Below are positions 26,256-38,915 of a stretch of DNA of 64,000 nt, piece by piece; position 1 is the first letter of the stretch, and each line of letters begins with the position of its first letter. A program made the position numbers and the translations under genes. The stretch covers positions 1,054,001-1,118,000 of the forward strand of contig CDLV01000014.1 in assembly GCA_001244265.2 (NCBI GenBank). The letters are read 5' to 3'. A model generated the notes under the pieces. It was not told where the DNA came from, made no database searches, and saw nothing but the letters and a program-made list of their open reading frames with translations. The stretch comes from Microbotryum violaceum. Lineage: Eukaryota.

Positions 26256-27019
26256 TTTCCTGTGCGAGAGGTCGTCGCCGGACCACGCGAGTTGGGGGCC
26301 TGGTCGGATAATCAAGCCCCATGGACGGGAGTGTGGATCTTCCAAACCAATTCGAAAAAAGATGCGCCCTGAACGAGCGCGACGCAACGAGGAGGGATGG
26401 CGATCGCCGCGCAGGCTGATCCGTGACGGCCAGGAAAGTTGGCAGACGACGGTGGGCGGCGCCGTTCAAGTGGTGCCACCGGTGGGTGGTGGGTGGTGGG
26501 TGGTGATCCGTCCGTCACACAGGGCGCCATACCGGACAGCGCATAGCTCCACGAGTCGCAACAGTCTCATATCATCCCGACTGTTCAATTCGCAACGGTC
26601 TAGAACCACTCACAATGAACCTGCTGTGGGTGTAGTCGGGATGGCAGCGTCGGCTCAGCGATTTTGTTGCTCGGGCGGCGGCCCAGCTCGATCGACGACG
26701 CTGAAGAAGCTAGAGCGCAGTGACGAGACGTGCAGGTCGTGGCTTGGGTCGCAGTCGTCGTCGCCGTGGTCGACCATGTCCGTACAGAGCGCAACGCCGA
26801 TCGTGACATGGCTAGCAGATCGCCCACACTGGTGAGCGGGTACGAGCAGCCCAGCGACGAGCGCGCAAGCTCGCGCGAGCTGCGAGGAGGTGCGAAGGCC
26901 TCTCGAATGGGCGATTATGGGCGCGCGCGTTACCAATACTTTTCTAATCAGACGATCATCAGGGGCTGAGATCGCTGAGATCTGAGAGCACGCCCGTGGT
27001 TCCAGGGGGCGGATGCAAT

Positions 27020-30000
27020 CAAGGGTTCTCATAGGATCAGATCACCGGAGGATCAGATCAAATCCGATCTTTTTTTTTCCCAATCCGCGTCTATCTTGTC
27101 TTGATCCTATCCAGAAGGATCAATTTAATCTGAGACATTTAACTGCCTTATATGGCAACAGACGACTACATCTCACTAGTTGTCGCTATCGGTGTTGAGC
27201 CTATCATTCTCACTACTACCACCAATATTGTGGCCATCATAACTATGTTCCTCATCCTTGTCGGCACCATTATCATCATCATCATCATCCGAAATGATCA
27301 CCTCACTGATTCGCCTTTTTTTATGAGCTCCGATTGCGCGCGTTGCCCTCGCCGGTGTAGGTGGGTTTCGCATGACATCTACAAAATGCGAACATAATTT
27401 ATAGTCGGTTTAGACTTTACCCTAACTCGTAAAAAAAAGTGTGAGTTAAGGAATGTACCTAAAATCGTTGTTTTTAACTAGGTTGCGGCCCTCCGGGCCG
27501 CCTGTGGTGGATGTACCATACTGTTGTGTCTGCCGCACCTGCCTGTGGTGTCTATGTTCCGATCAGAAGTCATGTACAAGCGCTGTGGTGACTTTTGTAT
27601 TTTCCGCGCCGTTCCAACGAAGCTACAGCGCTCCCAGTATTTTCCTTCTTTTTTTCGCTCACATAAAACAATGCTTCCACTCATATTGCATTTAATGAAC
27701 GCAAGCGCGTGGCTTTGCATGATATTGCTTCTACGGCAGAGCTCTGCCTGACGTGCGAGGCGAGGGCTGGCGTTTGTCACGTGATGCGGTGCGCCGGCGG
27801 TGGAGTGTCATTCCGGCAGTCGACCAGCGGCATTAGGGGCTGAACAACCAATTTGCCCGTATGGCATTCGACCAGCGGCATTAGGGGCTGAACAACAAAT
27901 CAAACCACGTGAATAACCCGGCGCCACTCCCTCGAACCTTTCCTTTCTCCCTCCCACTCTCATCCAATTTTAGTGACACTCATTCAAGAACAAACCCTCG
28001 CCACTATGCCCCGGTCCCGGCCCAAGGTCGCCAGCCTCGCCAAGTCTTGGGCGCGAGGGTAGCGCCGTACCATAGCGTAACATGGGCCTGCTCGAGCGCC
28101 CGCTGCTGGGCGCCCCGCGGCTCGACCCTCCTCTTCGTCCCGCTCCGATCAACAGAATCAGCCCCCCGGCGCGTCATGACAACAATTCAACCGATCTTGG
28201 CATTGCGACACGTATACGAGCCCGCCGTGCAGCTGTGCAGAACGGACAGCGTGGTCAGCGCGATGGCCAACTCGACGCTGGGCTCGCCCCACCACCACCT
28301 CCGCAAAGGCGAGTGCGCCGGGCTCGAATCGCGCTCAAACCCTTCAAGCCCACGTTTCGATCCGCGACGACCTCGGCCCGCAGACGGCCGTGTGCACCCA
28401 CTGCAAGGCTCGGCACTGGGAGTGCGAAAGGTCCAAGTCGACCAGACACTTCAGCGCGTGCTGCTCGCAGGGCAAGGTGCGGCTACCTCCCCCTCCCCAG
28501 CCCAATCTCGAGTATCGGCAGCTTCTTGAAGGCTCGGATAGCCGTCAGTTGCTCCGTCCAACAACATCTCTCTGCAGTATGGCCCACATGCTGAACTGTG
28601 CGACCCACCTACACAGAAGCTAAAGCATTCCGCGAAAACGCCCGGTCCTACAACAACGCGCTGTCGTTCACTTCGCTCGCTGCCCACTGGGACCAAACTT
28701 AAATGGGCACGCTAGGACCCCGTGTGTTTCGCGTATTTGGTCGTCTTTACTATCGACTCGGCACCCTGATCCCTGCCGTGAATCAATGCCCAGCCTTTGC
28801 TCAAACATGGCTGATCAACCCGGCCGAGGCCACCGACACTCGACTTGAACCCGACGGCGCAGACAGTCACATGCAACGATCTACTTTGACCAAGCTCGAG
28901 TCCATGTTGCGTACCAAGAATCACTTTGTGAGGGAGTTCGCATCGGCCAAAGCTCGCGCAGGTTGGGATACGGCCAAAGAGTGGATCCTGCGCCTCTGCC
29001 TCCCGCCAGGCCGGGACCGACGCACCCACAACCTTCCTACGTCGAGCACGGAAATGGCGATGCTTATCTGCGATTCCGACACCAACACGGGAGATCGTGG
29101 ACGTCAAGACCTTATTCTCCAGGTGCACGGTGATCGATGTCCCGATGGTCGGCCCAAGTACCAAATCGTTAGCTCGCTCCATCCCCCCGCGATGCCTCTC
29201 CGTTACCCACTACTTTTTCCTGCCGGGGAAGATGGCTTCCACCCCAACATTCCTCTTTGCGGGTTCCACCAAGCCGGGCCGCCAATTGCAAGAAACCGAG
29301 AGCAGATCGACAATGGTGCCAATTGCGCGAGCTACTTGCCGGTCTCGGTCTGGATGACGAAGAGAATGGTGATGGTGAACGTAAGCCCTTTCGGCTCTTT
29401 CTCGGATGTTCCATTCTGTTAAGGCGCACGCACAGACTGACATTGAACGTTTGAACACCTAGGACGAAGCTCAAATAAAGGGGAGCGAGGTGACGAGTTT
29501 CGCGTTCACAGTTATTAGCGTACGACTTGCACAAACGCGACGAGTACTTCTCAATCCCGCATTGCACCCAACGTGGCTTCCTGGCGTTCGTAATGACGGA
29601 TACTCCCAGGTCGAGACCGATCGACTCAACTTACCTCCAGTTGGATCAAGAAAACCTTCGCCTCACCACGGGCCAAGGCATCATCAGCTTGACCTCGGAT
29701 CAAGCTGGATGTTCGGTGATTTTGGGCTCAACGTTCAAGAATAGACCGCGCGAGAACACGCAGCGTTACCAACATGCGATGGCGTGCGTCGTAAAACATG
29801 GAAAGCCTTCGCTGTTCATCACGGTGACGTGCAACCCGAATGGCCTGAAATCAAGGCTACACTGGGGCCGAACGACCAAGCAAGCAATCGACCGGAACTC
29901 ATTGCACGAGCGTTTGAATCCAAGTTGAACCGACTCTGCGACGACAACGTTTTTGGCAACAAGCAACGGGCAGGCTGTTTGTGAATGGAGAACTGTTTCT

Positions 30001-30341
30001 TTGCTGTACTTCGTAGTGTGTTTATTCAACCTCTGTTGAAATCATGTAGACTGTTCAATCCTCCTGCTATTTGAATTTCACCCTCCCGTTAATTTAACGG
30101 GTTCCCACTGGTGTGTAATAAAGGTCATGTCGGATAGTGGTACATACCCTGTAGCGCGCTCTTGTGAACGGCAGGTATCAGTTAAATGGCTATCTACCAA
30201 GTAACGACGCTACATCCCCCCCCCCCCCCCACCCCCTTTTTTTTTTCATTCTTTCTCCGAGGCTTAGCTAGGATCAGGATCGATCTGATCCTAAAAATTA
30301 AGATTAGGATCGGATTAGATCTGATCCTATGAGAACCCTTG
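27020..30341. mobile_element. Non-autonomous hAT-type DNA transposon (24-bp TIRs, 8-bp TSD) carrying a nested Helitron
   Basis: TIR CAAGGGTTCTCATAGGATCAGATC at 27020-27043 and its reverse complement at 30318-30341; GATGCAAT duplicated at 27012-27019 and 30342-30349; subterminal GGATCAGATC repeats. Confidence 0.9.
27378..30111 (+). mobile_element. Internally deleted Helitron (N-terminal Rep region only)
   Basis: A^TC start; CTHCKARHW.CE...CCSQGKVRLP, RSYNNALSFTS, PLRYPLLFPAGEDGFH, YSQVETDRL, GKPSLFITVTCNP, WPEI; 3' hairpin CCCGTTA-ATT-TAACGGG (30085-30101) and CTGG^T end. Confidence 0.92.
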
Positions 30342-30441
30342 GATGCAATGGTACTAGGCACTCGCCGAAATCGTGTGATGCATGGATACCTGTTTTACAA
30401 CACAGAGAGAAATCAAACAAAACCCACGTCTATGTTGTAAA

Positions 30442-32060
30442 TCAAGGAAGTGGAGTATGCAATAGGTTGTTGCGTCTCTGGATGCTGACTAGTAGGCCGA
30501 GAGACGTGCAGACTCGGCGGCAAGACAGCCTTTCGAGCTCCTGTCGAGGTAGTAGAGCACCACTGATCCAAAGCTCATACGGGAGCCCGCCTATCTCAAA
30601 GTGCTGGTCGTCTGCGTACGAAACCGAGCCTTGAAGAAGCTCGGACCCTGTGGTCGAGAGACGATCGACGCCCCGAATCAGACCCCTGAGGACGACGACC
30701 GGCGAAAGCTCGCCGCACTCACATCGCATCGTCGGAACAAGGTACAGTCGACTCATGGCCTTGATCGACTCGTTCAACTCAAAGATGGCGACGTTGCGTG
30801 CGTGCTCGTTGCCACGATACGATTGGATTGTTCTCGTCATATCTGCGAGTTGGAGAACGTCTTTTGCAAGGCGCTGAGGACGTCTCCAAAGCGTTGGCGG
30901 TACCACCTCAATTCGCTCCACAGCAGAGGTCTTTCATGGATCGAAACAATTCCCTCTGCGAGACGACCCGGCTCGTTGGCACCTTCGGCGAGCGCACGCA
31001 TACCCCAGTAACGTAGGTCCCAGAACCCGGATTGGAAGATCACCAAGCTCGGAACCGATGGGCTGAGCCCCTGCAGCATCGACAGCAGGACCTGGTCGAC
31101 GCGTTGTTCGACCGAGTTGGGGAGTTGATCGTGCGGTGCACGGTACGTGTCTTCTTCCCTCATTAGACCGTAATGGAACAGAAGCACAAAATGGGTGCCG
31201 AGCGAAGGGAGCGAACACGTCCAATTGTGGTGCCCGTCCGTCCCATGTTCGATCGCGCCGGGTACGCGAGAACAGAGCGATTGCAGGTTCTTGCGATCGT
31301 GAGAGTCCCCGATCAACACAATCGTCTTGTTGCGCGCGAAGGAAAGCAGAGGCGGCTCGAGATCGACTTCCAGTAGGGTCGAGTAGGCCGGAGGTGAAGC
31401 TGCCAAGTCGGCCGCGGAAGGGTTGACCGAGGTGTTGTAAATGTCGGCGACGGACTCGAACTCGCTCGTGTAGGTGTTGTCGGGAGTATAAGGGATCCAG
31501 CTGACAGTAACAGGTACAGGTGAGTGGAAAAATTCGGACATGTGTGATCTGCGAACGCCAAGCGATACTGTCCGTCGCGTCGACGACGGGGATGGCTCGG
31601 GCGAGAAAACCTCCTATTCATGCTGTTCTGAGAACATACCGAGTTTCCGTCTCCCCTCCCTTGTTCTGCTTCCTAAAAATGTACCCATGTTGAGCGTCCA
31701 GGTTCGGACCGCAACGTTGCTGACCTTAGTGACCCCACTCGCTCAAGCGCAAGCCGGAAGCCTAGCGAAGATCGTCGCTGCCGTTGTGGCTATGACAACG
31801 AGCAGCACTAGCACCAGCCCTTCGACAAATCGCCAAGACGGTTGCAAAGGATTCGGTCTCTCGTATGCGGGTCGATGCCTGTGGGAAAGATGAAGTATGT
31901 CGTGCAAATCGCTCGTCTCGTCGTGCAAATCAACAAAGGCTTGCGCATCGCTGAGGAAGTGTTCCGTCTCGTCGTGGAACGAGCTTTCTGAGTGTCAATG
32001 AGACTCGGGCGTGACGACGCGCGGAGGCTGCTGCTCGATCTCCAACATGAGCGGAAGCAT
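30442..32060 (-). pseudogene. Cap64/Cas3-like SGNH (PC-esterase-type) membrane protein, disrupted
   Basis: TM segment near the N-terminus, RNKTIVLIGDSHDR, FQSGFWDL and DDQH motifs; in-frame TGA at 31995 and 31743, a probable TAG near 31615 and a frameshift near 30840. Confidence 0.65.
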
Positions 32061-32592
32061 GGTGTACTTATGCTTGTGAGATGTCGATGGTAGAGTCGAG
32101 GTTGGCTTCAGTCTTCGTTCAAGGTTGTGAATAGAGCTGCAAGTCTGATCGGATGTCTCGCGGAGGTACGTTAGTCCCACTGTCCCGGCCAAGGATATTA
32201 TATTGAAGCAGCACATGGGCGAGCACGGCAGCACATGGCCGCCCGGGCCCGGGTCCCGCTCCGCGCTCGGAGCTCCAAGATCAAACTGAAATTCGGGGGT
32301 GATTGTCAAAGACTGATCCGTCTTGAAGGCTCGAACCTGACCAAAACTCGCCCCCTCGTATCTTTGCGACACCACCCAAGGGGATTCTAGTGTGTATGGT
32401 CGATCCTGTTGCAGCGACGAGTCTCACACTACTGGCCTGGCAAGCCTTGTGCAAATGCATCTACGTACTCCGAATCTTCCGAATCGGAGCTCTAGGCCTT
32501 AACGCCGAAGATGCTGTTAATGCTGTCATTGTTCGATGTGACTGTCACACTACAGCCCAAAACCGAAACGACCGATCGCACGATTGTTTCGT

Positions 32593-32880
32593 TTAAGCCT
32601 TCATCTCAACGTCCTCCTCCTTCGTCTCGCCGGCCTTGCGGTCCTTGCGCTTCAGCAAGTTCTTGCGGTCCTTGTCGAGCTTGAGGTTGGTGATGACGCA
32701 TTTCGAAGGGTTGACGCCGATCGGGACCGTCTCGCCCGAACCCTTCTCGCGGTGGACGCCGTTGACGTGGATGACCCACTTCTTGTGGTACACCTGCGCG
32801 ACTTTGCCCTCACGCCCCTTGTCGGTCCGACGGACGATCATGACCTCGTCGTCCTTGCGAACGGGGATCGAGCGGGTGTT
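32593..32880 (-). pseudogene. RPL26: 5'-truncated 60S ribosomal protein L26 (uL24) fragment
   Basis: [35 protein letters not shown]...[11 protein letters not shown]; the N-terminal ~40 aa are absent and normally conserved residues are changed (VRG to VRR, YRKK to YHKK). Confidence 0.85.
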
Positions 32881-33253
32881 GGAGAGAAACTTTAATGGAA
32901 GTTGTTGGTCATGCAATCGGCTAGGTGTAGAAAGAGAAGAAGAAGAAGAAAATAGAAAATAGAAAAAGAAAAGAAGAGGGCCATTTGCTTGACCACAAGG
33001 CACGCGACGCGACGCGCCTTCCGCCGCCCCGGGTGAAAGTCGCAGTCTCAGTGCAAGCGAAAGTGGAGTCGACCATTTGTCTTCTTTTCTCGTTCTCGTT
33101 CTGACTCCCCTGTGTGTTGGTACCTACTGTACATGTTCTGCCCCTAGGACCACACTCTAGCCCATCGGTGACAAACATTTGTGATTTTGCCGCACCAGCT
33201 GTGGCTCCGGCGGCGAGTGCGCGCCGAGCGATGCCGATCTTTATTACTAATTA

Positions 33254-33353
33254 CTAGTGCGGTAGCGCGCTTCGCGCGCCATGACGTCACGCCTCGTGGT
33301 TTGTCTCGTTCTAGAACGTTCTTTGTCTCGACGGCCTATTTTATTATATATAG
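33254..33353 (-). mobile_element. About 100-bp mini-Helitron-like element
   Basis: Minus strand starts CTATATATAATAAAATAGG and ends with a GCGCGC-GAA-GCGCGC hairpin, a short spacer and CTAG^T. The canonical 5' T is missing. Confidence 0.6.
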
Positions 33354-33590
33354 TTTTAAGGATTATACTGCTCAAGGCGACGTTGTATTAGCATGCCGGG
33401 ACGACTTGGGAGTGCAGGCGCCATTACAGCTTCGGCTTTTCCGCGACCCTCGAACCGTTGAACGACTCGATCTGACTGCCGGGCTACAAGGGCCTTCCAC
33501 TCCCGAGCGGGGATCTTTGAAGGACTGGATCTAGGGGAAGGAGGAAGGTCTACAGTGAAGCTCGGCGACGTCACCGCCATCACCACCACC

Positions 33591-35654
33591 ATGTCAGGGG
33601 CCGTCGCAGCGCCGTCGTCCACAGCAAAGCCGATACTCGGTCGACGACGGCGTGACGATCTCATAGCCCAACAACCGATGGAAGCACAACTACAACCGAC
33701 AGCTTCAACCTCGACTGCAGCGACTGGAGCTGGTCCTGTCGATACCACTAGTGATTTGATCGCAGGGTGGCTGGGTGGAGCAGGTCAGTCGGTCGCTTTG
33801 CCCGTGTTCGGCTGAACCTCGTCGAATCTCAAATTTGGCGTGATGCTGATCCGTTGAACATCGAACTTTGCATCCACTGTTTCAGCTGGCATTCTTGTGT
33901 CGAACCCGTAAGCGCCTCCATAGCCCAAAGTGGTCAATTCGGCTTGAACCAGCAGCTCGCCAGATCTCGCAACTCGACTTGATGACTTTAACTCAAGGCC
34001 GGCAAGCCCAAGATCGACAAATTGACCGGATTGTTCTTCATTTCACAGTCTCGAAGTTCTCAAGGTGCGCCTACAGACCGCACAAGTGCCATCGAATCGA
34101 GTCGGGCGATCAAGTCCGCCTCCGACAGCGACCTCTTCTTCCGCGACCCCATCGGCAACAGCGGCTTCCACACACGCCTCGTCGACGTCGACGACAAGAC
34201 CTGGACTGGCATCGTTGTGGAAGGCAGAGGGAGCCCGCTTTCTCTTTGCTGGTGCAGCTGGTCCAATCTTGGGGCTCGCTTTTATCGACTCGGCATTCTT
34301 CGGCCTCTATGGCCAGTTCATGTCCGTCAACCTACCTGCGAGACGGCACTCAGGCAATTGGTATTGATGCTTCATCGGTATCTTACTTTTGACTTGTCGT
34401 AGGAGTCGATTTGATCAAGATCGGCAGGATCCGACGTCGTTGACAAAAGTCTTCGTCGCCGGAGCCACGGCGGGAGGGTTGTGTGCTCTGCTCGAAACGC
34501 CGGTTCGTCGCCCTATCATTAACTACAGCCACAGAGGTTCAATGGCTTGATATGCTGACATTCTCGTCTCGCTCTTCGTGTGACAGATCGAAGTCGTCAA
34601 GTGTCGTGCCCAAGTCGAATCAGGGGCCGGCACCAAACTTGGCTCGTTCAAGATTGCTTCAATGATTGCGCGTCACGAAGGACTGCGAGGATTCTACATC
34701 GGTGGTCTGATGACAGCCATCCATGACGGCATCAGCAGTGGCATCTTCTTCTGCGGATGTGAGTCGATCGCAGCGACAAACGAACAAGGCCGTCGAACCG
34801 GAACATTGATTTAGCCACAACGACCCCCACCATAGATTTCATGTTTCGCCGCATGTTGAGGGGCGAATCGCCGTACTTTACACCACCTGTTCCTCCGCGG
34901 ATACCAACGTCGACGGCAATTCCAGATATCCCATTCTCTATCGCATCCGCAGCCTCTTCCGCAGCAGCAGCATCAACGACAACAACCGACGGCAGCTTGA
35001 GCTACCCTGAGATAGGGAGGATATTGCTCGCTGGTGGGCTTGCAGGCGCTTTGAGTGCAGTCGTTCCGTACCCGTAAGTTGCCTCGAGCCTGCTCCGAGT
35101 GTATGTAGGTGCTCACCAAGCTATCTTGTTCGTGTCCCAGATTCGACATCATCAAAACACGCTTGCAAACCTCCAACTTTGAAGCCCTCTCTGGATACTC
35201 AAGAACGATCCCTTCCTTGGCCTCTTCCGTCCAACCCACGCCGACTCAAGCGGCTCCCCATCAGTCCTTGTCGATCCGCTCCGTGGCTCGAGGTATCCAT
35301 GCCGATGGCGTAGCATCCTACCGCTACCGCTACACATCAACCATCCTCCACTCTTTGATAACGCACTACATCTACCCCAACCCGAGACATGCCCCTTTAA
35401 CCTCTTCTACATCATCCTTCATCTCGAATCAGTCCTCTTCCTCGACAACGAACATGATCGATGGGCGACCCGGTCCGGATCCAAGAGCCGCCAAATTGAC
35501 GTTGAGGCTATTGGGACTCAAAGGCTTCTTGACAGGGATCAAGCCTACGCTTGTTAGCAGCTTCGTGGGGAGTGCGGTCACGATCACTGGCTTCGAGGTC
35601 GCGCTTCACTGGTTGACCGGTGGACACGGAGTAGGTGGAGGTGGTGTGGGATAG
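33591..35654 (+). CDS. Mitochondrial carrier family protein (carnitine/basic amino acid carrier-like), multi-exon
   Basis: Three PX[DE]XX[KR]X[KR] signatures: P|LEVLKVRLQ, P|IEVVKCRAQ, P|FDIIKTRLQ. Confidence 0.88.
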
Positions 35655-37389
35655 ATTTCGAATAATTCGCTTGTTTAAATCATTCCCAATATTTACATCG
35701 CAACTCTTGGTCAACCTTCACACCATCCCAACTTGACAGAGATGGAGGTTGTCAAAGGAGATGCGTGCGGCATGACGGGGTCTGACGGGACTGCGCAAAG
35801 AAAGGGGTACTCCCTCACGAGCTGTTGGGAAGAGATCGAACGAAATAGAGAGCATCCTAAGAAGTTATGTGGTTTCGACATCGGGTGCCTTGCTCTTGGC
35901 ATCCTTTTGCAAGGCTTTGGGTGAAGTGAGTGGCTCTCTTCCGAGTCCATCCACAAGGCAGGCGGAGCCCCTTGGCTGGGGTGTGGCCCTCGGGAAACGG
36001 CTGTCCTTTTGTGACCGGTGATTCATGAATTTGAGCCCGACGGGGCTCAATTATGCTGTCTCAAAATTTCGATGTTTTTAATGTCAGGATCAACCTTACG
36101 AATAACTTCCGGGGAGCCATTGCCGCTTACATCCCGCCTGAGGCTGGGCACGAGCGCGTTGCAACCCGTTGCCCTCTTTTTCATTCTGGCAATTGGTGGC
36201 TCCGCCTCCGTCTCGTACGCGAGAGAGAAACGCCTTCCGACCCGCGTAGCACCTCAAACCTGAAATTAGCTTACACTGCGGATGTGAAACCCAACAAATC
36301 ACACCATTATCCTGGTTTCTCTCCTGAGCCGACCACCGTCACACCCATCCCCGAGGCCTCTTCCTTCCCCCATCACACTGCAGGCGCTTCATGGGTCCCT
36401 TGCGCCGACCTGCTTGCGGTGACCTGCATCATTACGAGCTCCACCATATGCTCGTGTGGAGAGCTGGCCCTCCCCAGCACCATCTGCATGGCCGTGACTT
36501 GCCCCCCTAATACCGCTAACGCCGTTGAGGGTACTCCTATTTTCGGCCTTCATGGGCTCGCTCACGGCGCTTCGGGTCTCTTCTTCATTTCCCAGTCAAG
36601 TGATTCTGCGCGTCAACACTGAGTCTTGTACTTCGCCAAAGTTGCCCCTGACGTGCAAGCCCTAGATTCGGGGGCTCAACATCCCTTGGGGCCAATGCGT
36701 TGCGCCGACGACGCATGGGCAGTTCACCGGTGAGTCACCGTCAATGAAGGGACGAGGTTCCAACGAACGTCATAATAGTGAGTACCGAGCTTCTTTCTTC
36801 ATTTCTCTTTCCCGCCACTAACAGCCACTGAGACCCCGAACGGCGACGTCCCCACCTTGGTCGGGCTCAAAGTCACAGGGGCGAAGTGGGGCTCGACGCT
36901 GGTCACCTCCAACAACACCTGCGCCTACTACACCAACACGTCAGAAACCGGCGTCGTCGCCTTCTGGTGGGCCCACTCAACGTCGACTTGCTGGATCCAG
37001 AACTCGGCGCAACGGCTTCACGGTCGGGTCTGGACTCGGAAGCTTTTAGGCCCTCAATCAGACCAGGACGTGCTCAGCGGCAAAGGGCGTGTACCCGAGC
37101 GACTTCAACATGATTGTCATTGCCTAGCCTAGACCTGCGCCGAAACGGCTGTTCGCTTGTGATCGTGCATGTCTCGATAAGTGAACCTTAGGGGCTCCTC
37201 GATCATCTTCGAGTGCTTCATGCTCCACTTGTAGCGTGAGCTGACTTTTCTGGGAACTGTAGGTCCGTTCCTCAGGCCAACTTTGCCAATGCCACATTGC
37301 CTATTCCAAGCCCTCTTTGCGTTTATACATTGCTTCTTGAATTGCATCCATAATTACCGCCTCAGTCACGTACCATTCCATCTACGAAT

Positions 37390-38915
37390 CTAACGCGTCC
37401 CGGTCTTTATGATCCCAGCCCTGACCAGCTTCTCGACCTTGAGCCTGACGTCCTCGTTCCTCTGCATGTGCGCCTGCAAGCTGGGCGGGTCGTTCTGCGC
37501 CTGCTGCAAGATCATCTGGAACGCCGGGTCGGACATGATGCTCTGGATCTCCGGGTCGCGCATCGCTCGCGCGTACGTCTGCTCGTCCGTTTCGCCTGCT
37601 CGGGATTGCGCGTCGGCGATGTTGACCTTGCGGAATTGGGATGCGATCTCGGTAGTGTGCTTTCGATCGACGTCCTTTGCATCAGCCTGGTATGGCAAAA
37701 GACGAGGGAGAGGTCGATTATCAGCTTCTCGACCGAGCATGCAGGGACCGCCATCGAGAATATGGCTTTGCTCACCTGCTCGATCGCTGCCAGGGCTTTG
37801 CTGTATTCCTTCATGGCGAACAGGACGTGAGATTTGCGAATGTAACCCTTGACTGTGTGATCGTCGGTACAGCAACAAGAGTCAGCATAGTTCGCTTCGA
37901 CTTGAAGATCTAACAGGTCGGTGTCGACTCACCAAAGTCAGGCTGGACCTCGATGGCCTTCTCCGCATCCTTCAAAGCTTCAGGCAAGGCCAAGAGTTTG
38001 GTCAGGGCGGCGGCGCGGTTCGTGTACCCTCGAGCATCGGATGGGTTGCGTTTGATCGATTCGGTGTAGTGAGCTACCGAGCCAGCATAATCTCCGGACT
38101 GTGGGTTTGGGCGACCTTTATCAGCACTTCGTTGGGCAATACACAGATGAAGGGAGAGAGTGGAAGATCGCCCACCTTGAACGCAGTGTTGCCGAGCTCT
38201 CGCGCGGCGTCGGCTTTCTCGGGGTCGATGTACGCCAGGCGCTCTCGTTCAGCCTTGGTCTTCTCGGCCTGCAGAACCCCAAACAAGACCCAGATTAGAG
38301 TAAGCAGCTGGTCTTCCCGATTGCTTCGAGGTCGATCGTGAAAGGTGCTGAGGCGGGTACGTACATCCTTGAGCTTGGCGAGGATGTCAGGGGTTCGGTG
38401 CTCGGTCAAGGACTTGTTGAAAAATTTGATGGCGTTGTTAAAATCGTCCTTCTTGAGGTAGGCAGTTCCGATTCGACCGAAAGCTCTATGGTGGGGAAGG
38501 GCAGTGGTGGATCAGACTCTCGATTACAAAGGTAGGCAAATGGGGTCGGGTCGGTGACTGACTTTGCGATGAGCTTGTAGTCGGCCCTCATGTCCCGGCC
38601 TTCGTCGACGGCCTTCTCGCACGTCTGAATGCACTTGTCGTAGTCGGCCTGTTCAAAGTAGACGGCTGTGAAAGGAGTGAGGTCGTGCAAATCGTGAGGG
38701 GGGTAATTCTAGCCTGGGAGAGGAGAAAGAGACAAGAGAGCCGCTCTCGACGCTGGGATAGGGGGTGACTTACCGGCAAGGTTGTTGAGGTAGGTGATGT
38801 CCTTGTGGGTGTTCCATGCCTGGTCGTACAGCTCGACGGCCTTGTCAAAGTCACGCGCCTTGTAGGCTTCGTTGCCCTTGAGCTTGAGCGCATCCGCAGC
38901 GGCTTGATCGGACAT
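37390..38915 (-). CDS. STI1: Sti1/Hop co-chaperone, apparently only TPR2A-TPR2B-DP2
   Basis: KGNEAYKARDFD...HKDITYLNNLA; AVDEGRDMRADYKLIAK; KSLTEHRTPDILAKL; AYIDPEKA; RAMRDPEIQSIMSDP. Confidence 0.88.

Noticed and set aside
36053-37132. Possible small Cys/Trp-containing secreted protein
   Set aside because: Splice-like signals exist, but I could not assemble a coherent gene model or recognise a domain.
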